A stretch of DNA of 64,000 nucleotides, from contig JBBIRS010000007.1 of assembly GCA_037441675.1 (NCBI GenBank), positions 32,001 to 96,000 of the forward strand, written 5' to 3'. Shown here one piece after another: positions 27,976 to 37,275 of this stretch. How positions within the stretch are numbered: the first letter of the stretch is position 1; every line of letters begins with the position of its first letter. Made by a program: the position numbers and the translations under genes. The notes under the pieces are model-generated. The model did no database searches, was not told the DNA's origin, and worked only from the letters and a program-made list of their open reading frames with translations. This stretch comes from Planctomycetales bacterium (GTDB lineage Bacteria; 4484-113).

Positions 27976-29631
27976 ATGGATTTAATTGTCAACAAAGAGT
28001 TAAACAGAGAAACCCTTGAGGCTCGCCCATTGGATGAGCTTCAAGAGCTGGCAAAGAAGTTGGAGATTAAGAACGTCAAGAAATACCGAAAGGATGAGCT
28101 TATTGACGAAATCTTAACACGTGGGTCAGCTTTAGATGCCACACAAAAAATTGAGACCCACCCTAGAAGGGTCGTTGCCCATCTAGAGTCAATTCCATTG
28201 ACCGCTAATTTGGGAGAGCCTACTGCACCGGTAAGCGATAAGGTTTTCCCCCAAATACCTGAAAAGCAAGAGAAACCTAAGGAGGAAGCTCAAGAGCAAT
28301 TGTCCCCAGAGGAAGTTAAAACAGAGGAAGTTAAGGTGGAAGTAAGCCAAACAAAAGAAGAAGAAAAAGTTGAAGAGGCAAAAGAAACTCCCCCCAAGGA
28401 AAAAGAAGAACCAAAAAAGGCAGTCACTCAAGGCAACAACCATAAGCAGGCGGTTTTCAAGGGTCATAGTAAACGCGATGCCCATCCATCTGGTTCCGTG
28501 CAGGATGACTTGGAGCATTCTTTCTTCCAGAAAGGTATTCTTGAAATAGTATCGGATAACAACTACGGATTCTTGCGACAGAAGCACTTCCGCTTTGGCA
28601 ACGATGACATCTATGCCTCCCTATCGCAGATCAAGAAATTTGGGCTTCGAACCGGCGACTTGGTTAGCGGATATGTGAGACCTCCGAGAAATGGGGAGAG
28701 ATATCCGAGTCTGGTGAAAATAGAGGCAATCAATGATAGACCCCCTGATGAAGCTAGGAGACGTCCCCAGTTTGAAGACCTAGTTCCTATTTATCCAAAC
28801 AAGCGACTGTTGCTGGAGGATGACCCAAAAGACGCATCAACTAGGTTGATAGATCTGTTTTCGCCAATTGGGCTTGGGCAGAGAGGCATCATCGTGGCAA
28901 AACCTAAGGCTGGGAAAACTATTCTTCTGAAGAAAATCGCAACTTCCATAGCCCATAATCATCCCGAGGTTGAGTTAATTGCTCTTCTCGTGGATGAGAG
29001 GCCGGAAGAGGTTACAGACTTTCAGAGAACGATTAAGGGTGAGGTGGTGGCATCAACCTTTGATGAAAAGGTGGAGAACCATATTGAAGTCGCAGAGCTT
29101 GTAATTGAATACGCAAAAAGAAAGGTTGAGCGAGAAAAGCACGTGATGATTCTGCTTGATTCACTCACGAGGATGGCGCGAGCTTATAACTTAACCTGCC
29201 CGCCGAGTGGAAAAACGTTGTCCGGTGGACTAGACCCTAACGCGCTTAGAGGTCCTAAGAGTTTTCTTGGAGCTGCAAGAAATATTGAGAACGGTGGCTC
29301 CCTCACCATTATCGCTACCGCATTGGTTGAAACCGGCTCCCGCCTTGATGACATTATCTTTGAAGAGTTTAAGGGAACCGCCAATATGGAAATCCACCTC
29401 TCAAGAGAACTGGCGGATAAGCGAATCTTCCCCGCAATTGACATTATGAAGAGCGGAACAAGACACGAGGAGCTCCTCTACAACGCTGAAGAGCTTGACG
29501 TTGTTTGGAAGCTAAGAAAGATGGTGGCGGATATGGATGAGGCGGATAGAATGAACAGGTTGATTACTAAGCTCCTACAGACAAAATCTAACGTTGAGCT
29601 TCTTTACCTCGTTCATAAAGCGACTGAGTAG
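27976..29631 (+). CDS. rho: Transcription termination factor Rho with N-terminal insertion
   Basis: Rho N-terminal helical domain, YGFLR, DDIY.S.SQIKKFGLRTGD, KAGKT, DERPEEVTD, LLDSLTR, EEFKGTANME. Confidence 0.98.
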   Translation: MDLIVNKELNRETLEARPLDELQELAKKLEIKNVKKYRKDELIDEILTRGSALDATQKIETHPRRVVAHLESIPLTANLGEPTAPVSDKVFPQIPEKQEKPKEEAQEQLSPEEVKTEEVKVEVSQTKEEEKVEEAKETPPKEKEEPKKAVTQGNNHKQAVFKGHSKRDAHPSGSVQDDLEHSFFQKGILEIVSDNNYGFLRQKHFRFGNDDIYASLSQIKKFGLRTGDLVSGYVRPPRNGERYPSLVKIEAINDRPPDEARRRPQFEDLVPIYPNKRLLLEDDPKDASTRLIDLFSPIGLGQRGIIVAKPKAGKTILLKKIATSIAHNHPEVELIALLVDERPEEVTDFQRTIKGEVVASTFDEKVENHIEVAELVIEYAKRKVEREKHVMILLDSLTRMARAYNLTCPPSGKTLSGGLDPNALRGPKSFLGAARNIENGGSLTIIATALVETGSRLDDIIFEEFKGTANMEIHLSRELADKRIFPAIDIMKSGTRHEELLYNAEELDVVWKLRKMVADMDEADRMNRLITKLLQTKSNVELLYLVHKATE

Positions 29632-29768
29632 TCGGCTTCTCGCTTTATGATGCGTAAATTCTGCATTGATTTTATCGTATTGATAGCGGAGCTTGCGCGC
29701 CTTTAGGGCAAAACTCTTGAAGTAGAGAAGCTCTTTTTAATCTTCATATATAATCTGATTGTATTCAC

Positions 29769-30587
29769 GTGGTTAGCTTCGGGAATGAAAAGAGAATATT
29801 TGGCGTTATTCTTGCTGGCGGAAAATGTCCTTCCTCTCTTGAGAAGAGAACTAACGTTAGCTATAAAGCTTTAATTCAAATTGCGGGCAAGCCACTTCTT
29901 AAGTTTATTCTTGATGCTTTTAATGCCCTTCCGTGGGAAAAACATATCTTACTTGTTTGCGATAAGTCCTGCGGGTACTTTGCCCATGAGGAAGCACCCA
30001 CCCTCAAGATTCTTGATGGGACTTTTTCTGTTCCAGATGCTCTTGAAAGAGCAACTAGCTGGTTCCAAGATGAATTCGGGGAAGACATTCTTGAGGAGAA
30101 CCTGGTGGTATCTTCCTGCGACATTCCCTTCGTAACGGGAGATATACTCAAAGAGATTATCACGGAGGGCGAAAAGTTAGATGCGGACTTGGTCTGGCCA
30201 ATTGCAGAGAGGAGAAACGTTGAAGCGAAGTTCCAAGGATGCAAAAGAACATACGTAAAAACAAAAGAGGGCACTTTCACTGGCGGAAACATTTTTCTTG
30301 TAAGGCCAAGGGTGATTATCAACAAGCTTGCTCTATTTAGAAGACTCTTCGCACACAGGAAAAATCCTCTTGCAATGGCGTCAATTTTTGGACCAAGTCT
30401 AGTGATGAAATTGCTCTTTACAGGGATTTCCATTCCTGATATGGAGAGGGATATGGGTGCAAGGCTTGGAGTAAAACTGCGCGCATTAATCACGCCTCAT
30501 TCAGAGGTTGCGGTAGACCTTGACAAGGTTTCTGATTTTGAAATGATGGAAAGGCTGTTCCGTGAGGAGAAAGCGTTAAATAAGTAG
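29769..30587 (+). CDS. MobA-like NTP transferase family protein
   Basis: GVILAGG..YKALIQIAGKP, SSCDIPF, RTY..EGTFTGGN, VDLDK. Confidence 0.85.
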   Translation: MVSFGNEKRIFGVILAGGKCPSSLEKRTNVSYKALIQIAGKPLLKFILDAFNALPWEKHILLVCDKSCGYFAHEEAPTLKILDGTFSVPDALERATSWFQDEFGEDILEENLVVSSCDIPFVTGDILKEIITEGEKLDADLVWPIAERRNVEAKFQGCKRTYVKTKEGTFTGGNIFLVRPRVIINKLALFRRLFAHRKNPLAMASIFGPSLVMKLLFTGISIPDMERDMGARLGVKLRALITPHSEVAVDLDKVSDFEMMERLFREEKALNK

Positions 30588-30659
30588 TATTCATTATGCG
30601 TAATGTTCATTATGAGTATTATTCCTTCTCTAAATGTTCTATAATTTATAGAGGGGGAT

Positions 30660-31787
30660 ATGGTTATGATTAGAGCTATACTCAGCATTGCTATTATCCT
30701 TCTCGTTAGCACTCCACTTTTTGGAGAGAATGAAATAACAAACGAGACGACTCTATCCTACGACAAGGGAGAGGTAAGCGGATGGGAGAGGTTGGAGGTT
30801 GAGGCGGCACGAGTTGAGTTCTCAGCTGTTAAGAGCTGGACAGCTACTTATGTAACTGGCTTGGAGGTCTACCTGAAAAAGTACGGCGCCGGGTATAACC
30901 CCGACCGCACTTTCGTTACTTTTGTCGTACAAAATGCTGAGGAAAAGGTTTTATGGCAGAAGCTAATCCCCTTTAGTTATCTTCCACAAAATGAGGGATG
31001 GGCTGAGATAGAAACTGACGTTATTCTTGTCAAGGATAAGTTTTTCGTCACTGTTTATCCCTACGCAAGGCAGGATTTCGGTGTTGAGCTTGGATATACG
31101 GAAGGTTCCACTAGCTTTCGGAGTTATCGCGGAAACCCTAGCAAGGGTTTCAAGAGAGTTGAGAAGAATTATGATTGGATGATAAGGGCAAAGGTTAGAA
31201 GCACGGTTCAACCAAGAAGAACTATCACTACGTCAGAGATTTCTGGAAGCGATTTTATATATTACGATGATGGATCCGCAGATGGTTTTGCGACTTTTCA
31301 GCGAGGTGGAGCGCTCGTCGGATTCAAGAAAGATGGGGTAAACATAATCCGAGATATCTATTTCTACGGCAAGGTTGAAGGTAATTGGTTTGAGGCAAAA
31401 CCTAAGTTTCGCGTTTACTTACTGGATAATGACCTAAGAATCATCACCAGCACAATTGTTGATTATTCAGTTTTAACTGAAATTCCACACTGGACAATCG
31501 TGGACTTTCCAGATACGAGGGTTAGGGGCGACTTTTACGTGCTTATTGAACCGGGCTCAAGACCTCAGTACTCGCTTCATATTGGCTATGACCTATCAAG
31601 GGAGAATAAACACTCTTATGCGGGCACAATCGGCAGATTGAAAAAACTTGACGTGGAGGATATCGCTGGTTTTGGAGTAACGGTCTTTAACTTGAAAGGC
31701 GAGCCAACTGACTCTTTCGTCAATAGATGGCCTGTGGAGATTGACCCAAAAAGGGTTAATTGGCTGATTAGAGTTAGGTATGACTAG
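30660..31787 (+). CDS. Secreted hypothetical protein with two tandem homologous beta-rich domains
   Basis: Signal peptide; internal duplication YDKG/YDDG through WMIRA/WLIRV. Confidence 0.75.
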   Translation: MVMIRAILSIAIILLVSTPLFGENEITNETTLSYDKGEVSGWERLEVEAARVEFSAVKSWTATYVTGLEVYLKKYGAGYNPDRTFVTFVVQNAEEKVLWQKLIPFSYLPQNEGWAEIETDVILVKDKFFVTVYPYARQDFGVELGYTEGSTSFRSYRGNPSKGFKRVEKNYDWMIRAKVRSTVQPRRTITTSEISGSDFIYYDDGSADGFATFQRGGALVGFKKDGVNIIRDIYFYGKVEGNWFEAKPKFRVYLLDNDLRIITSTIVDYSVLTEIPHWTIVDFPDTRVRGDFYVLIEPGSRPQYSLHIGYDLSRENKHSYAGTIGRLKKLDVEDIAGFGVTVFNLKGEPTDSFVNRWPVEIDPKRVNWLIRVRYD

Positions 31788-31941
31788 GCGTTCATTTCCT
31801 CAATTACTGCCTTTTTGACAGCAAAGCCAAGAGGATAAAACAGTCAAGGCTTTTTTAGTTCTTAATACACAAATTGAAGGGTAAATGATTCCTCAGAAGT
31901 TTCTGTTGCGTTTTATTTTGACTTCGCTTGCAAACCGCAAG

Positions 31942-32415
31942 CTATTCAAAGTCATCCGAGGAACTCCGAAGCACTTGACCTAACGTCACCCAGTTTTCGC
32001 TCAAAAGCTCAGCTACTGCTACATCGGATAGACTAAACCGCCAGTCATTGCCTTCCTTCGTCCAAAGCATCTTCGCTCTTCCAACCCAAGTGTAATTCGC
32101 GCCTTCAAGTCTAACTACTAAGGTCGCTAAGTATCCTTTCGGAACTTTTTCTATTCTGTTGATGTTTAGCGCCTTAATATCATTTTCGTAACCGGGATAA
32201 ACGTGGTCTTCAATTATCTGAATTGCCTGCTGATATTCGCTCTTTGTTACAAAGTCCGCAGAGTCGTAAATTTTCCCTTCCTTTACAAGATGAATAAATT
32301 TCCGAAGTGAGGACTGAAATGATAAAAGCCTTATCCAGCCGGGCAGAAATACGATTAGCAAAAATGCTAGAACGAAAATTACTATGAAAAGAGGAAAATA
32401 TTTGGTAAGCTTCAT
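31942..32415 (-). CDS. Hypothetical membrane-anchored protein
   Basis: N-terminal TM helix followed by a soluble alpha/beta domain. Confidence 0.7.
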   Translation of the reverse strand: MKLTKYFPLFIVIFVLAFLLIVFLPGWIRLLSFQSSLRKFIHLVKEGKIYDSADFVTKSEYQQAIQIIEDHVYPGYENDIKALNINRIEKVPKGYLATLVVRLEGANYTWVGRAKMLWTKEGNDWRFSLSDVAVAELLSENWVTLGQVLRSSSDDFE

Positions 32416-32593
32416 AATTAAGAACTAATTATAATTTTAGCTGTTGTTAATTTGATATTGAGATATTAAGGTTGGGAAGAAACGATAAGCTTTTTACCTG
32501 CTAGTTGATAAACGAAAATAATACTTGCTCCTCAAAAGTACAAGGATGATTCCGATAAAAAACTGAAAGTGATTGGGATGTGATTGATGTGTT

Positions 32594-33109
32594 TTAGTTA
32601 TCTCGTGAATAACTTCTCTTTGGGCGTCTAAGATTGAACAAGCTCTCTATTAACCGCCAGAACTTAGTTCCAAAAAAGTCTTTCTTGGAAATTGGCTCAA
32701 TCAAAATGGATCTAAGTCCTGATAGATTTGCTCCGAGTATGTCGGTAAAAACTATATCCCCAACTACCGCGGTAGTGGAGCGATTAATATTTAACTCCTT
32801 AAGCGCAATACGGAAGCCGTGAGGCAAGGGCTTTGGCAGATTGCCACAAATAAGAGGAATATCCAGTAATTGAGACAATTCTTTTAGTCTGCGAGCCACA
32901 CCGTTACTCAAAAGGACCAACTTAATTCCATTTTTCTTAAGCTCCAGTAACCAATTCTGGACTTCATCGTTTATCCTATACTCACCCCAGGGAGCAAGGG
33001 TGTTGTCCACATCAAGGATGAGCGCGGAAATAGAATTCGCCTTAAGAAACTGCGGAGTTATTTCCTCTACCTTGGAAAAATAAAAATCTGGGAAGAATAT
33101 TGAAAACAT
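32594..33109 (-). CDS. yqeG: YqeG family HAD IIIA phosphatase
   Basis: LILDVDNTL, LLSN, KP, VVGDIVFTDILGAN. Confidence 0.92.
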   Translation of the reverse strand: MFSIFFPDFYFSKVEEITPQFLKANSISALILDVDNTLAPWGEYRINDEVQNWLLELKKNGIKLVLLSNGVARRLKELSQLLDIPLICGNLPKPLPHGFRIALKELNINRSTTAVVGDIVFTDILGANLSGLRSILIEPISKKDFFGTKFWRLIESLFNLRRPKRSYSRDN

Positions 33110-33111
33110 AC

Positions 33112-33540
33112 TTACTTCTTAATCAGCTCTCTTTTTACGTAAACATCAAGGATTAGCGCTGCAGATATCGCATCAACAATTTTCATCCACCTCTTTTTCT
33201 TTTTATCACCTCTGACACCTCTTGAGAGATAATTTAGAGCTTCCTTTGATGTGAGGCGCTCGTCAACGAAGCGAATCTTTGCGCCAATGCTACCCTCAAT
33301 AGCCTTGAAGCGTGAAATAACTTCCTTCGCCATTTTACCCTTCTTCCCATCACTTTCAAGCGGAAGACCAACTACAATCACTTCAACTTCCCTCTCCACG
33401 ACAAGTTTTCTTAGCGTTGCTATAAGCTCTGCATCATCCTTTGGAGTAATTACTCCGAGAGGAACTGCGACATAACTCGGCTTCTCTGCAATCGCAATGC
33501 CAATCCACCTGACCCCGAAATCTATACCTAATATTCCCAA
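33112..33540 (-). CDS. ruvX: Holliday junction resolvase-like / pre-16S rRNA nuclease RuvX (YqgF)
   Basis: LGIDFG..WIGIA, IVVGLP, VDERLTS, VDAISAALIL. Confidence 0.93.
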   Translation of the reverse strand: MGILGIDFGVRWIGIAIAEKPSYVAVPLGVITPKDDAELIATLRKLVVEREVEVIVVGLPLESDGKKGKMAKEVISRFKAIEGSIGAKIRFVDERLTSKEALNYLSRGVRGDKKKKRWMKIVDAISAALILDVYVKRELIKK

Positions 33541-33580
33541 CTCTCAAATTATATCCGAGACGCTGTTATAATCCACGTTT
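33541..33580. promoter_or_regulatory. Back-to-back -10 elements (bidirectional promoter)
   Basis: ATTATA at 33548-33553 (TATAAT on minus, 7 nt before the ruvX TTG) and TGTTATAAT at 33564-33572 (8 nt before ATG 33581). Confidence 0.6.
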
Positions 33581-34114
33581 ATGGAAAGGAAAAATATTTT
33601 TGGAGAACTATTGAAGTTTGCAGACACTATCCCTAGTGTTCATAGCTCTTGCTTTATAGCAAGCGGAGCAAGGATAATCGGAGAAGTTCAGTTAGAGGAA
33701 GGCGTTTCGGTTTGGTTCAATTCCGTCCTGCGAGGAGATATCAGCAGGATAGTCGTCGGTAGGTTCACCAATATTCAGGATTTATGCCTACTGCACGTTG
33801 ATAGAGGACAGCCCTGCGAAGTTGGGGAATACGTTGTTGTTGGACATATGGCTATTCTTCACGCCTGCTCCGTTGGAAACTCTTGTCTCATCGGGATGGG
33901 CGCAAGGATTCTTAGCGGAGCTAAGATTGGCGATGGATGCATCATCGCCGCCCAAGCGGTAGTTTTGGAAGGGAAAGAGATTCCACCTAACACTCTTGTT
34001 GCCGGCGTTCCCGCAAAGGTTATTCGCAGTGTTTCTCCTGAGGAGGTCCAAGGTATAAAAGACTGGGCAATACGGTATAACGAGCTTGCCCAACTTTACT
34101 TAACTTCTCCCTAG
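33581..34114 (+). CDS. Gamma carbonic anhydrase family protein (YrdA/PaaY-like)
   Basis: Hexapeptide repeats, WFNSVLRGD, NIQD..LH, GHMAILH, LVAGVPAK. Confidence 0.92.
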   Translation: MERKNIFGELLKFADTIPSVHSSCFIASGARIIGEVQLEEGVSVWFNSVLRGDISRIVVGRFTNIQDLCLLHVDRGQPCEVGEYVVVGHMAILHACSVGNSCLIGMGARILSGAKIGDGCIIAAQAVVLEGKEIPPNTLVAGVPAKVIRSVSPEEVQGIKDWAIRYNELAQLYLTSP

Positions 34115-34122
34115 GAAATCCC

Positions 34123-34151
34123 TTGACCGGCGTGAATTGTTGTTGTAGAGT
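34123..34151 (+). promoter_or_regulatory. Upstream sigma70-type promoter (P1) of nrdJ-1
   Basis: TTGACC, 17-bp spacer, TAGAGT. Confidence 0.5.
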
Positions 34152-34168
34152 CAGAGAGCATAAGGGGT

Positions 34169-34235
34169 TAACTATAAATGGTTAAAAACGAATTATCAAC
34201 AATTTATCAACCAAATCTTACACTATGTATAGTAA
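34169..34235. promoter_or_regulatory. Putative pair of NrdR boxes
   Basis: ACACTATGTATAGTAA (34220-34235) and weaker TAACTATAAATGGTTA (34169-34184), versus the NrdR consensus acaCwAtATaTwGtgt; located upstream of an RNR gene. Confidence 0.65.
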
Positions 34236-34241
34236 AAGCCC

Positions 34242-34270
34242 TTGACAGCCAGATTTTCGATGTTTAGAAT
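34242..34270 (+). promoter_or_regulatory. Near-consensus sigma70 promoter (P2) of nrdJ-1
   Basis: TTGACA (34242-34247), 17-bp spacer, TAGAAT (34265-34270). Confidence 0.75.
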
Positions 34271-34385
34271 GGAAAGGTAAACCTGATGAAAGCGAGCCTA
34301 AATAGCCCAATGTGGGGATTAGGACACCGTGTAAATTTATTAAGTTATCAATAAGAGTAAACGCTAAGAATTCAAGGAGAAGGCC

Positions 34386-37136
34386 ATGTCTGTCAAAACA
34401 GGTTATCTATCCAGCGGGGGGGTAGAGAGAACTGATGCGGTTGAGGTAAAGCTTCCACTCATCAGCAGGCGTTTTACCACATCCATACATCCCTATGAGC
34501 TTGTAAAGTGGAAGAAAACATCCGCTGTAATATTTGATGCCAGCGGAAAAGAGGTATTTCGTCAGGATGACGTGGAGTTTCCTGAATTTTACTCTGACTA
34601 CGCCATAAACATAATAGCGCAGAAGTACTTTAGAGGGCAGTTAGGTTCCCCAATGAGGGAGTACTCGCTTAAGCAGATGATTGACCGCGTTGTGGACACT
34701 CTTACAAGGTGGGGAGTTGAAGGAGGTTATCTTGTTGGAGATGAGGTTGAAATTTTTAATCTTGAATTAAAGAACCTTCTACTAAATCAGTACTTCTCAT
34801 TTAACTCACCGGTATGGTTCAATTTGGGGGTACCTGAACCTTTGCGGTCAAGTTCCACGAATGGGAAGCCCCAGTGTTCCGCCTGTTTCATCCTTGAGGT
34901 TGAGGATTCACTTGAATCAATTAGGGAGTGGTGGAACACGGAGTCTCTAATATTTGCTGGTGGGAGCGGTGCAGGAGTGAATGTTTCGCGTCTTCGCGCG
35001 CAGGGCGAGCCAATCTCAAAAGGAGGAACGTCTTCCGGACCGCTTTCATTTATGGCGGCGGCAGATTCTATTGCCGGTTCAATCAAGAGCGGTGGAACAA
35101 CTCGCAGAGCCGCAAAAATGGTAGTAATGAATATTGATCATCCCGACATACTTGATTTCATAAATTGCAAAAGGGATGAGGAGCGCAAGGCTCGTCTATT
35201 GGCTGCCGCTGGTTTTGACTTGAGTTTCAATGGCGTGGATTGGAGATCAATACAGTATCAAAACGCAAACAACTCAGTGCGGGTAAGTGATGCCTTTATG
35301 CGAGCTGTGGAAACAAACTCGCAGTGGCAGACAATTTATAGGATTAGCGGTGAGCCAGCCGGCAAATACCCTGCGCAGGAACTGTGGCGTGCGATTGTTG
35401 AAGCTGCATGGGAATGCGCTGATCCTGGCCTTCAGTTTGATGACACGATTAACAGATGGCATACCTGCCCCAATGATGGCAGAATTGAAGCTAGCAATCC
35501 TTGCTCGGAGTATATGTTCTTAAACAATACAGCTTGTAATTTGGCGTCAATCAATCTTCTGAAGTTTAGGCGGGAAGATGGGACATTTGATGTCTCCGCT
35601 TACAAGCACGCGATAAGGCTGATATTTCTTGCGCAAGAAATAATTGTTGGAAATGCTGGCTATCCCACGAAGAAGATTGAGGAGATGAGCCATCGTTTTC
35701 GCACCATTGGACTGGGTTTCACAAATCTTGGGGCGCTCGTTATGGTGAATGGAACTCCTTACGATTCGGAAGAATGCCGAGCCTATGCTTCTGCTCTTGC
35801 TTCCATTCTATGCGGGGAAGCTTATGCAACTTCCGCTAGGATTGCGGAAAGGCTAGGTCCCTTTGAAGGATACGAGAATAACAAGCATGAGATGCTTCAG
35901 GTTATGGAGATGCACCGAGACGCTTCCCATAAAATAAACGTGGAGTTAATTACGGATAAAGTGTTGGCGCAGGCTAGCACTGAAGTGTGGGACCGCGTGC
36001 TAGAACTTGGAAATGAATTCGGTTTCCGAAACGCACAGGCAACTGTTATTGCTCCAACGGGAACTATTAGTTTTATGATGGACGCAACAACGACTGGAAT
36101 TGAACCTGAGCTTGCGCTGGTTAAGTGGAAGCAGCTTGTTGGCGGGGGAACTATACAGCTATTGAATGAGCTTGTGCCTAAGGCTTTGAAGACACTTGGT
36201 TACTCTGCCTCTGAGATAGAGGAAATTGAGGACTATGTAAAGGAGAATGGCACAATTGAAGGCGCACCATATCTAAAGGATGAACATTTACCGATATTTG
36301 ATTGCTCCTTCGTGTCCCCCAATGGCACAAGAGCCATATCGCCAATGGGACATGTGAAGATGATGGCGGTGGTTCAACCGTTCATCTCTGGGGCTATAAG
36401 CAAGACGGTCAACCTGCCACGAAACGCCACTTACCAAGATGTCTCTGAGATTTACATGGAGGCATGGAGGCTTGGCTTGAAGGCAATTGCCATTTACCGG
36501 GACGGATGCAAGCAGGTTCAACCTCTCACCACTTCACTTGAGGAGAGGACAAATTGGAAGATTGAAGTCCTTGAAAGCTTCGGCTTGCGAGGATTGAAGA
36601 AGAGATTGCCACAAACGCTAGTTTCCACGAGACACAAGGCTTCGGTGGGCGACGTGGAATTTTATATTCACACCGCGGTTTATCCTGATACCAATAAACT
36701 GGCGGAGCTTTTTGTTGATATCGCCAAGGACGGATCTACGGTCGCAGGTCTGTTAAATGCATTTTGTATTCAGTTCTCAGACGCCCTTCAAAGGGGCACT
36801 CCGCTAAAGGACTTAGTGAGAAAGCTCATCGGGACTAGATTTGATCCATCCGGTTACGTCGGCGAAAAGGATATTCAATTTGCCAGTTCCATACTTGACT
36901 ATCTGGGGAGGTACTTAGGACTTAAGTACCTGCCCCCTGAAGAGCGCAAGGAACTAGGTCTTTTCAATGGTTCCCACTCTGAAGCAAAAACGATGCACTT
37001 ATGGTCTAATACTCAAGATAACGCTCTTACCCAGCTTCACGCACCAGCTTGTGTCAAGTGTGGAAATCTCATGCATCGGACGGGAAGTTGTTGGACTTGC
37101 CCAAATTGTGGGACTAACTTGGGTGGATGTAACTAG
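34386..37136 (+). CDS. nrdJ: Class II (adenosylcobalamin-dependent) ribonucleotide reductase, copy 1
   Basis: FNSPVWFN, PQCSACFI, GGTTRRAAKM, SNPCSEY, ACNLASINL, APTGTIS, AISKTVN; C-terminal Cys4 ribbon; no ATP cone. Confidence 0.95.
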   Translation: MSVKTGYLSSGGVERTDAVEVKLPLISRRFTTSIHPYELVKWKKTSAVIFDASGKEVFRQDDVEFPEFYSDYAINIIAQKYFRGQLGSPMREYSLKQMIDRVVDTLTRWGVEGGYLVGDEVEIFNLELKNLLLNQYFSFNSPVWFNLGVPEPLRSSSTNGKPQCSACFILEVEDSLESIREWWNTESLIFAGGSGAGVNVSRLRAQGEPISKGGTSSGPLSFMAAADSIAGSIKSGGTTRRAAKMVVMNIDHPDILDFINCKRDEERKARLLAAAGFDLSFNGVDWRSIQYQNANNSVRVSDAFMRAVETNSQWQTIYRISGEPAGKYPAQELWRAIVEAAWECADPGLQFDDTINRWHTCPNDGRIEASNPCSEYMFLNNTACNLASINLLKFRREDGTFDVSAYKHAIRLIFLAQEIIVGNAGYPTKKIEEMSHRFRTIGLGFTNLGALVMVNGTPYDSEECRAYASALASILCGEAYATSARIAERLGPFEGYENNKHEMLQVMEMHRDASHKINVELITDKVLAQASTEVWDRVLELGNEFGFRNAQATVIAPTGTISFMMDATTTGIEPELALVKWKQLVGGGTIQLLNELVPKALKTLGYSASEIEEIEDYVKENGTIEGAPYLKDEHLPIFDCSFVSPNGTRAISPMGHVKMMAVVQPFISGAISKTVNLPRNATYQDVSEIYMEAWRLGLKAIAIYRDGCKQVQPLTTSLEERTNWKIEVLESFGLRGLKKRLPQTLVSTRHKASVGDVEFYIHTAVYPDTNKLAELFVDIAKDGSTVAGLLNAFCIQFSDALQRGTPLKDLVRKLIGTRFDPSGYVGEKDIQFASSILDYLGRYLGLKYLPPEERKELGLFNGSHSEAKTMHLWSNTQDNALTQLHAPACVKCGNLMHRTGSCWTCPNCGTNLGGCN

Positions 37137-37275
37137 TTCAAAGATTGAATAATTTCTAGCGGTTAAGCAAAAAATTACCACCTTCAGCAAAGTCATTCAC
37201 CCAACTTCCGTAAAGCCATTCACCCCTGAATTATCGCTTATCCCTTGGACTGAGTTAGAATATTATGATAGAAAG

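Noticed and set aside
34115..34385. Cobalamin riboswitch upstream of the B12-dependent RNR
   Set aside because: No B12-box or GGGAA..GGTG..AATCC core is visible; the region is AT-rich and explained by promoters and NrdR-like boxes.
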